From contig JAKPTZ010000001.1 of assembly GCA_029555025.1 (NCBI GenBank), positions 9,782 through 73,781 on the forward strand: DNA of 64,000 bases, written 5' to 3'. Of the stretch, positions 27,526-35,212 are shown piece after piece. The first letter of the stretch is position 1. Every line of letters starts with the position of its first letter. This stretch comes from Deltaproteobacteria bacterium (GTDB lineage: Bacteria; Myxococcota_A; UBA9042; DTJE01). The notes below the pieces were generated by a model. The model was not told the DNA's origin. It saw only the letters and a list, made by a program, of their open reading frames with translations, and did no database searches. The position numbers and the translations under genes are program-made.

Positions 27526-28839
27526 ATGGAAAGCCAGTCTTTTGACCCGTCAATCATCGTCCTGATAGTCCTTGGAATCGGTTTCGTTGCCCTTGTCGTC
27601 GCGGTCGTGGCGAAGATGGCTGGCAAGAAGAAGGGACGTTCGCTGTCACCGTCGGCCTCGGCCAGGACTCGCGACTCGGACGATGAAGATGACAGGTTTG
27701 AACTGGTCGATCAGGAGATGACCATCAAGCGCGGGGGGCGCGGCGATCGGTCTCGAACCCCGGAATCATCGGCATCGGCTGCCGTTGGACAGGCCCAGAG
27801 GGGCTCCAGGCATCAGGATCGGGCCGGAAGCGCTTCCGCGGACACGGAAAAGCAGGTTCCGGCCTTGAAGGGTGCCGCGGATTCCGTTGCGGCGCAGTCA
27901 AGGTTCAGGGTCGATATTTCGTCCGCTCGCCGGTTGCAGGAAGGGCTTTCCCGGACAAGGTCGGAAGGTTTCATCGCCCGGCTTTCGGAGGCGTTCGGAC
28001 GTAGCTCTTCCGTTGACGAGGCGACGATAGCCGCCGCCGAGGAAGCCCTTCTTACCGCCGACATGGGTGTCGCCACGGCGATGGAGTTGTCGGAAGGGTT
28101 GCGCCGCGATTTCCAGCCGTCCGGCGGGCCCCTGGCCCCCCAGGTCATGGCATGGCTGAAGGATCGCACTTACGACATGATTCGAACCCAGCCCCACGGC
28201 ATGCCCGGGCTTGATCGCCCCGGACTGAACGTCGTCATGGTCGTCGGCGTCAATGGAACCGGCAAGACGACGAACATCGCGAAGCTTGCCAACTGGTACA
28301 GGAACCGTGGACGCAAGGTATTGCTTGCGGCCGGGGATACCTATCGCGCCGCCGGGGCCGACCAGCTTGGAATCTGGGCCGAGAGGCTTGGAATCGACGT
28401 GGTCGTGGGGCGGCCGGGGCAGGATCCGTCGTCACTGTTTTTCGATGCGGCCAGGAAGGCGACCGAGGAAGGCTTCGATATCATGATTGCCGACACTGCC
28501 GGTCGTCTTCATACCGATACCAACCTCGTGGATGAATTGAAGAAGGTCGCCCGCGTGCTTGGCAAGGCGGTTCCGGACGCCCCGCACCAGGTACTTCTGA
28601 TGCTGGACGCCACAATGGGCCAGAACGCCGTCAGGCAGGCCGACGTCTTCCTCAAGTCGGTCAATGTCAGTGGCATAGGCCTTTCGAAGCTTGACGGAAC
28701 CGCCAGGGGCGGGGTCGTTGTGTCCATTGCCCGTGACATGAATCTTCCGATCTGGTTCGTCGGCGTGGGCGAGGCCGTTGACGACCTGAGATCGTTTCAG
28801 CCCGAGGATTTTGTCAACGCGCTGTTTGCGGCCGATTGA
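27526..28839 (+). CDS. ftsY: signal recognition particle receptor FtsY
   Basis: An N-terminal TM segment and a charged acidic region precede the NG domain, which has GVNGTGKTT, DTAGRLH and LSKLDGTARGG. The ATG at 27526 has AGGAG 5 nt upstream. An alternative GTG start lies at 27520. Confidence 0.92.
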   Translation: MESQSFDPSIIVLIVLGIGFVALVVAVVAKMAGKKKGRSLSPSASARTRDSDDEDDRFELVDQEMTIKRGGRGDRSRTPESSASAAVGQAQRGSRHQDRAGSASADTEKQVPALKGAADSVAAQSRFRVDISSARRLQEGLSRTRSEGFIARLSEAFGRSSSVDEATIAAAEEALLTADMGVATAMELSEGLRRDFQPSGGPLAPQVMAWLKDRTYDMIRTQPHGMPGLDRPGLNVVMVVGVNGTGKTTNIAKLANWYRNRGRKVLLAAGDTYRAAGADQLGIWAERLGIDVVVGRPGQDPSSLFFDAARKATEEGFDIMIADTAGRLHTDTNLVDELKKVARVLGKAVPDAPHQVLLMLDATMGQNAVRQADVFLKSVNVSGIGLSKLDGTARGGVVVSIARDMNLPIWFVGVGEAVDDLRSFQPEDFVNALFAAD

Positions 28840-28857
28840 CCGCACTGGAGCAAAGGC

Positions 28858-30048
28858 ATGACCGAGATCCTGTGCAAGACAGATTCTTTCGCCAGGTCGG
28901 TGCGGGCCACGGTGATTGAGTGCGTCGCCACGGCGCCGGACCGGTTCCATGTCGTCCTGGATCGAACGGTAGTCTATCCGGGTGGTGGTGGCCAGCCAGC
29001 CGATTGCGGCACGGTTTCCGGGTATCCGATTCTTGATGTGCGCATGCGACCCGATGGTGGCGTTGAACATGTGCTGCAGGCCCCGGTCGCGGGAGTTGTC
29101 GATGTCGAGGTGAACTGGGCGGCTCGCCTTGATTTCATGCAGCAGCATACTGCCCAGCACTTGATGACGGCCATCGCGACGGCCAGGTTCGGATGGAAGA
29201 CCATCGCATTCCACATGAATCCGGATCGATCCGACATTGAATTTGAACTTGATTCGGTGTCCAGACAGGATCTGATGACACTTGAAGAAGCCGTCAACCA
29301 GGCGGTTTTCGATGATCTGCCAGTTTCAATTTCATTCGTTTCAAGGGAACAGATGTCGTCCATGAACGTTCGCAGCAGGTTGCTTCCGGACGGCCTTGAG
29401 GGACCTTTCAGGTTGGTCGGCATCGAAGGCATCGACCTTAATACCTGCGGCGGGACGCATGTTCAATCCACCGGCCAGATCCAGGTCGTCAAGATCCTTG
29501 GAACTGAAAAACTTGCTCGTGGAGTTCGCGTCTTCTATGCGGCCGGTTCAAGGGCAAGGCGGATTTTCGAGCAGACAATCGAGCGGGAATCAGCGATTGG
29601 CGCGGCCCTGACCACGGGGCCATCGGATTTCATCGCATCGATAGAAGCCCTGAAGAAGTCCGGGCGCGATCTCGACACCTCCCTTCGCCAGCTTTCCGCA
29701 AGGCTCGCCGGCCTGGTGGTCGAGAGGATGCTTGAGGATGCAGGTTCCGGTCAGGTTGCCGTCTATCATCAGGACGAGGCCGACGGGGATTTTCTTCGAC
29801 AGGTTGCCGAGCGGTTCCATGAGGCGCGTCCGGAAGCGCTTGCTCTGCTTACCGGCGGCGCGAGCGAAGGGCTGTTCATGGTTGTTGGTTCCGATGAAAG
29901 CGTTCGCCGCGTCGGCCCGGCCGTTGCCGGGATCCTCCAGGGGAGGGGAGGCGGCAGGGGGGCCATCTTCCAGGGCCGGGCACGCGCGCTTTCGCTCTGG
30001 TCCGAAGCGGTCGCGATCATTGCCTCGGAATCTGCTCGGAGTACATAA
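28858..30048 (+). CDS. alaX: alanyl-tRNA editing protein AlaX-L type (Ala/Thr-tRNA synthetase second additional domain plus DHHA1-like C-terminus)
   Basis: It carries the editing-domain zinc motifs HTAQHL and CGGTHV. The C-terminal segment with GRGGGRGAIFQG resembles the AlaRS C-terminal/DHHA1 domain. Confidence 0.78.
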   Translation: MTEILCKTDSFARSVRATVIECVATAPDRFHVVLDRTVVYPGGGGQPADCGTVSGYPILDVRMRPDGGVEHVLQAPVAGVVDVEVNWAARLDFMQQHTAQHLMTAIATARFGWKTIAFHMNPDRSDIEFELDSVSRQDLMTLEEAVNQAVFDDLPVSISFVSREQMSSMNVRSRLLPDGLEGPFRLVGIEGIDLNTCGGTHVQSTGQIQVVKILGTEKLARGVRVFYAAGSRARRIFEQTIERESAIGAALTTGPSDFIASIEALKKSGRDLDTSLRQLSARLAGLVVERMLEDAGSGQVAVYHQDEADGDFLRQVAERFHEARPEALALLTGGASEGLFMVVGSDESVRRVGPAVAGILQGRGGGRGAIFQGRARALSLWSEAVAIIASESARST

Positions 30049-33000
30049 GGCAGTCGTCAACAGCCTTGATCAATTCCGAATTTCTGAATGGTTTCGCAAG
30101 GAAGGATCTTGCGCCGGCCCTTATGAATTCGTCCCGCCTGTGGTCGAATGAGAAACCGGAAGCGACGATGAACGGCATTGTCGGGCTGATTTCCCGCATC
30201 GCCTTCAATGCAGTCATTCCGTCCATCTCGGGCATGATCACGTCAATGATTACCAGCCTAAGCCGATCGAGGTTTTCACGGAATTTCTGGACTCCGATCC
30301 GCCCGTTTTCGGCAGTCACCACCTCGAAGCCCGCCTCAAGCAGCATGGTTTCGGCCATTGAACTGATTATCGACTCATCCTCGACAATCAGCACCAGGCC
30401 TTCGTGTGGAATGGTCGTGCGATACTCTTCCGGTGGTCTGTATGCGTCATCGTGGCTGACCGGCAGATAGATGTTGAACTGGGTTCCACGGCCGATCTCG
30501 GTATAGACCTTTATCGCGCCACCGTGCTCGACGATTGCACCGTGCACGGCCGCCAGCCCGAGTCCGGTTCCCCGACCGACTTCCTTGGTGGTGAAGAACG
30601 GTTCGAAGATGTGTGAAAGGGTTTTGGGATCTATCCCAGTGCCTGTGTCCCTGACGTGTATCCCGACATACTCACCCGGCAGGATCTTGAATTCGCTTGA
30701 CCGGCAGTCGATTTCGGAAAGCACCAGGTTGTCGGTGAACACTTCAAGGCGTCCGCCATTCGGCATCGCATCGCGAGCGTTGATGCACAGGTTGAGTATG
30801 GCCGACTGTATCTGGGAAGGATCGCCCACGACCATGCTGTTTTGCGCATCAAGTCTCGATGTGATGACTATGGATTTGTCCAGGCTTCGTTCAAGAAGGC
30901 CGAGTGCGTTGCGGATTGATTCGTGCACGTCAATGGGCGTCGAGAGAGCCTTTCCCTTCCGGGCGAAAGCCAGAAGCTTCGATGTCAGTCCGGCGGCACG
31001 CTCGGTCGCGTTGAAGATGTTCTGGCAGAACTTCTGTTCCGGACTGTCCGGCGCCGCGCGACGGTTCAACAGTTCGGCGTATCCCTGGATGGCCGCAAGC
31101 ATGTTGTTGAAGTCGTGTGCAACTCCGCCGGCAAGCTGACCGATGGCCTCCATCTTCCTGGAATGCTGGATCTGGTCCTGGAAGAGCTGCTTCTGCGTCA
31201 CGTCGCGGAAGACGATGACGGTGCCCTGGCATGTATCGCCGCTTCCACCGACCACGGAAGCGCTGCTTTCGATAAGGCAGGTTCGGTTGCCTCTTGAAAT
31301 GAGGCTTGCCAGATCGGCGCGCCTTTGCTCCGGCGCCGCCCCGCAGATGACGTCCTCGGCCGGATTCGGCATCGGTTCGCCCGTGTCGGGATCGGCAAGT
31401 CGCATGACGGCGGCGACGTGTCTGCCAATCGCGTCATTCCTGCCCCAACCGGTCAGAGCTTCCGCCACCGGATTCATTCTGGTGATATTCAGGCCGGGGT
31501 CGGTCACGATGACGGCATCGGCGATCGAGTCAAGCGTCACGCGCAGGTTCTGCTCGCGCTTGAATGTCTCCTGCCGGCTTGCCCTGATTCGGACGGCAAA
31601 AACGGTGACCACCACAAGGAAGGCCACCGCGACCGCAAGGAGCATTTTCAGAACCGAATCGGTTGACCACCCCTGCCGGATGATCAGGCGATCCATGTAG
31701 CCGTCCTTCAGCATCTCCCCGTGATCGGGCGGAAGTGCCTGAATGCTCTTGGAAAGTATGTCGGCAAGAATCTTCTCTGATTTGGGAATCGCAAAGCTTA
31801 TCGGCTGTGGCGGGAGGCCGGTCGGGGCGGCGACAGAAATCCCTGCCAGTCCAAGTTCCTTCTTCAGCCAGAGCCCTGTGGAAAGAAAGCCAACCCAGGA
31901 ATCGATCTCCCCATTCTCAAGCGCCAGGATTCCTTCGCGCGCGGACTGGTAGGACACTACCCGGACGTCCGGGTGTTCGTCCTTCAGGATTGCCTCGATG
32001 CCCGATCCCGAAACCACACCCGCTTTCAGTCCGGCAAGGGAGTCAATGCCGCCGATGTAGGCCTGATCATCCCTTGAAAAGATGACCGTGTGAAGACGGG
32101 TGTACGGACTGGTAAGAATCCAGGATTCATCCAGGTTACTGCCCTTTGCCGCCAGGATGTGAATGACCCTGGAATTGCCCCGGCCGTCGGCGCGGTTTTG
32201 AACTTCCGTGGAATCCATGCTCTGTGGATTCCCGTCCTGAAAGTGTTTCAGTTCATCGATTGTAATTGCCAATCCATTCAGCGCCGAGATTTCGGTAAGC
32301 AGATCGACGACCATTCCGCTGGGTGGAGAACCGGGAATCATCAATGGCGGAGCGTCGCGAAGAACGGCGTGAATTTCGGGTCTTGACCGGATGAATTCGA
32401 TTTCCTGGGTGGTCAGCACAAGTTCACGCGGAAGATGATAGTTTCGTTCAAGGGGGAAGGTTGCAGGTATCGACCTGATTTCCGGCGGCAACTCGTTCCA
32501 ACGGATGTTCCAGCGGTCTTCAAGAACCGGTTTGTTCAACATCCTGTCGTGAACGCTGTCGCGCATTACCGGTATTTCGGCAGGCGGCTTGCCGCCAAGG
32601 ATTTCAAGCGCAATCCTGGCCGCCATTCGACCCTGATGAATCCCGGAAACGGCCGAGCCCCCGGCCATGCCGATTGACGGCGGCGTGCGAAGAACGACGA
32701 AAACCGGCGCGGAAGTCGCGGATACAATGCTTTCGAAAGCCTCGGTCACCGTCAAGTACCGGTTGGTTCGATCCCGTTGCCATGATGCGATGATCACTAT
32801 GCTGTCATCGCCGATCATCGAGAGGCGAGTCAGCAGTTCGGCGTGCGAAAGCGTCCGACCGGACAGGAAATCGACGGAAAGGTCGTCTATTGGAAACAAG
32901 GCCGCCGCCGCCTTTACGATATTGTCGCCGGTGATCGAGTTGTCAACGATGATCCAGGCTTTGCGGCGCTCCGGGAAGAGCGTCCGGGCCATGGCTGCAA

Positions 33001-33517
33001 TCCCCTTGTAGTCGAAAGACTCGACGACGCCGGCGAACCCGGGCGGCAGGGGCGTTACCGCCTCGTCAAGGAAGTTCACGCCGGTGAAGACGACCGGGGT
33101 TTCCGGGAACAGCGCGTCGCGGGATTCCTTCATGAAGGTGAATGCCCTGTCGTCGCTTGTGATGATCAGGTCGAAGAAGTCGGGTTTGAATTTTTCCTGA
33201 AGAGCCTTCGTGGTGGCCTGCTGTCTTTCCGCCGTGAAAGGGAAGTGCTTCGAGTCAAGATACTCAATATATATCCCGACGTTGGGCGCAATCTGCGAAA
33301 AGACCGACATGATGCCGGTCGTGATTGAGTCGGACCACTCGTAGCCCTGGTGGTAGGAGTTCAGAAACAGTACCCGCGTTGATGCGTCGCTTCCGGCCGG
33401 CGGCTCTGCCTGGGCACTTTGTGCGGCCGAATCCCGGCTGCAAAGCAGAAGCCCGGCTGTCATGAGGGCAAGCAGGGCCGGTCTGGTTGCAGACACCAAT
33501 CGAGACATTCCGTGCAC
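30017..33517 (-). CDS. hybrid sensor histidine kinase / response regulator with two periplasmic solute-binding-like domains
   Basis: It starts with a signal/TM segment. An ABC_sub_bind-like segment follows (VLFLNSYHQGYEWSD...), then an SBP_bac_3-like segment. After a TM helix (LLAVAVAFLVVVTVFAV) come a PAS domain, the H-box VAHDFNNML, the HATPase motif GTGLGLA and a C-terminal REC domain (LIVEDE...DVIMPEMDG...AKPF). The start is GTG at 33517 or ATG at 33508. Confidence 0.88.
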   Translation of the reverse strand: MHGMSRLVSATRPALLALMTAGLLLCSRDSAAQSAQAEPPAGSDASTRVLFLNSYHQGYEWSDSITTGIMSVFSQIAPNVGIYIEYLDSKHFPFTAERQQATTKALQEKFKPDFFDLIITSDDRAFTFMKESRDALFPETPVVFTGVNFLDEAVTPLPPGFAGVVESFDYKGIAAMARTLFPERRKAWIIVDNSITGDNIVKAAAALFPIDDLSVDFLSGRTLSHAELLTRLSMIGDDSIVIIASWQRDRTNRYLTVTEAFESIVSATSAPVFVVLRTPPSIGMAGGSAVSGIHQGRMAARIALEILGGKPPAEIPVMRDSVHDRMLNKPVLEDRWNIRWNELPPEIRSIPATFPLERNYHLPRELVLTTQEIEFIRSRPEIHAVLRDAPPLMIPGSPPSGMVVDLLTEISALNGLAITIDELKHFQDGNPQSMDSTEVQNRADGRGNSRVIHILAAKGSNLDESWILTSPYTRLHTVIFSRDDQAYIGGIDSLAGLKAGVVSGSGIEAILKDEHPDVRVVSYQSAREGILALENGEIDSWVGFLSTGLWLKKELGLAGISVAAPTGLPPQPISFAIPKSEKILADILSKSIQALPPDHGEMLKDGYMDRLIIRQGWSTDSVLKMLLAVAVAFLVVVTVFAVRIRASRQETFKREQNLRVTLDSIADAVIVTDPGLNITRMNPVAEALTGWGRNDAIGRHVAAVMRLADPDTGEPMPNPAEDVICGAAPEQRRADLASLISRGNRTCLIESSASVVGGSGDTCQGTVIVFRDVTQKQLFQDQIQHSRKMEAIGQLAGGVAHDFNNMLAAIQGYAELLNRRAAPDSPEQKFCQNIFNATERAAGLTSKLLAFARKGKALSTPIDVHESIRNALGLLERSLDKSIVITSRLDAQNSMVVGDPSQIQSAILNLCINARDAMPNGGRLEVFTDNLVLSEIDCRSSEFKILPGEYVGIHVRDTGTGIDPKTLSHIFEPFFTTKEVGRGTGLGLAAVHGAIVEHGGAIKVYTEIGRGTQFNIYLPVSHDDAYRPPEEYRTTIPHEGLVLIVEDESIISSMAETMLLEAGFEVVTAENGRIGVQKFRENLDRLRLVIIDVIMPEMDGMTALKAMREISPTMPFIVASGFSFDHRRDEFIRAGARSFLAKPFRNSELIKAVDDCLMYSEQIPRQ

Positions 33518-33593
33518 CGCACGTCTTCTGGATGAACCGATGATACACGTTTACGCGGTGAAAGTAACTGGCTGGAAGGCCTTAACCGTGTAA

Positions 33594-35198
33594 TCAGAAG
33601 AAGAACATAACGGAAGCTTCAAGCTGATAAACGGGATCGACCGCGCCCGGGAAGGGGCCCTTGTTGACGAAGGCCGCGGCGGCCTTGCCCGGAAGGAAAG
33701 TGGTTCCGGCGATATCGACCGACAGGTACTTCTTGTACAGGAATTCCAGGTGCAGGTCGGCTTCCAGGCCCACGAAATTGGCGCCCAGCGCGTTGCGGTC
33801 GTTCAGCGCCCAGCCGGCGCCAATCGTGACCATCGGCTTGAAGAAGTTCTTGTGAAGAAGCCCGAATGAGACATCGGCGACCGTAAGGCCGGCGCGGTTC
33901 AGCCAGAACTTTCCCTTGTCCGCGTTCCTTCGGTCTGAAACCAGTTCATCGATGTTTCCGCCGCGATCGCGGAGTTCGTCTTCCGTCAGGATCAGTGTCC
34001 TGCTGCGGCTCTTTCCCGAGTAGAGCCATGCGCCGTTGCGCGTGTTGCCGTCCCAGTCGTCGTCGGCGCTGATGGCAAGAACGTTCAGGTCGAGAAGGAA
34101 GTTGAGATCCTTCACGCCCTGAAGCCTGCGATCCATGTTCATGTACGCCTGAAGTGCCCAGGCAAGGGTCGTTTCATTGTCGCCGCCGGCCCTTCCTTCA
34201 GTCGTGCCGTACTGAAGGCCAAGATCCAGACCGAACTTGATCCACCGCCAGTCGCCGGACAGGTTGGCCGTGATGGCCATCAGATCCATCGTGCGGCCGA
34301 CCACCTGGCTGTCGTGAATGCCCCAGATCGCGGCGTCAAGCTTCAGCCTGTTGAACGGCATCGTCAGGCGGGCCCCGTAAAGGATTGTGTCGGAATTGAA
34401 GTTGTTGCTGTCGAAGGCGATTCCTTCGTACGTCTGATCCGGCATCTGGGCTACCGTGAAAGTGACCTGGCCCCATTTCTGCCTGGTCCAGAAGTTTGCG
34501 GCCCCGAGCCAGTGGCCGACGAACAGGCCGGTCGGATCGAAGAGCTTTTCATAGCCGACGCGGAAACCGATCTTCTGCTTTTCGAAGTTACCTTCCACAT
34601 ACGCCTGCCGGAAGCCGACGCGGAACCAGTCGGGCAGGCTGGTGCTGTAGTTGTCCGGATCGTGCGTGGACCAGATGTTAAGGCCCATTTCCAGTTCGAA
34701 CACCATCTTCAGTTCCTTGACCGGGGTAACCACAAGCATCGGGGCAAGGAATGTTCCGACGACGCCCACGTCCTGGCCGTTCGCGTTGTAAAGAGGCGGG
34801 GTCTGGTCGAAGTCCGAGTCGCTGCGCCAGAGGAATATGGTTTGCAGGCGTCCCATGAACCTGGCGTATTTGTTTCCGATGCCGAAACCTTTCTGTTCGG
34901 GGGGCAGCAGTTCGTCCGGGGTTGGTGGCTCGACTTCCGTCCCGGAAGCCTCGTCCTGGGATTCCGCGTCCGCCTGATCGATGGGGTCACCCTCAAGCGG
35001 CTCCGGTTCAATCGCGCCCGCCGGCCCTGCCGCGGGCTCGACCGAAGGAGCGTCGCCTTCCGCGGTGTTGGCCGGCGCCGGTGCTTCGGCAGACTCGACC
35101 GTCGCGACCGGTTCCGCCGTGGTTTTGTCCTGTTCCTGTGCAAGGGCCGGGACGTTGAACATGAAAACCAGGATTGATGCAATTATTGTGCGTTTCAT
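33594..35198 (-). CDS. putative outer-membrane beta-barrel (porin-like) protein
   Basis: It has a signal peptide (FMFNVPALAQE) and an acidic/Pro-rich linker of about 90 aa. Alternating-hydrophobicity strands follow, and the C-terminus is ...ASVMFFF (terminal Phe, an OMP signature). I recognised no specific family. Confidence 0.6.
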   Translation of the reverse strand: MKRTIIASILVFMFNVPALAQEQDKTTAEPVATVESAEAPAPANTAEGDAPSVEPAAGPAGAIEPEPLEGDPIDQADAESQDEASGTEVEPPTPDELLPPEQKGFGIGNKYARFMGRLQTIFLWRSDSDFDQTPPLYNANGQDVGVVGTFLAPMLVVTPVKELKMVFELEMGLNIWSTHDPDNYSTSLPDWFRVGFRQAYVEGNFEKQKIGFRVGYEKLFDPTGLFVGHWLGAANFWTRQKWGQVTFTVAQMPDQTYEGIAFDSNNFNSDTILYGARLTMPFNRLKLDAAIWGIHDSQVVGRTMDLMAITANLSGDWRWIKFGLDLGLQYGTTEGRAGGDNETTLAWALQAYMNMDRRLQGVKDLNFLLDLNVLAISADDDWDGNTRNGAWLYSGKSRSRTLILTEDELRDRGGNIDELVSDRRNADKGKFWLNRAGLTVADVSFGLLHKNFFKPMVTIGAGWALNDRNALGANFVGLEADLHLEFLYKKYLSVDIAGTTFLPGKAAAAFVNKGPFPGAVDPVYQLEASVMFFF

Positions 35199-35212
35199 AT
35201 TCCATCCCCCCT

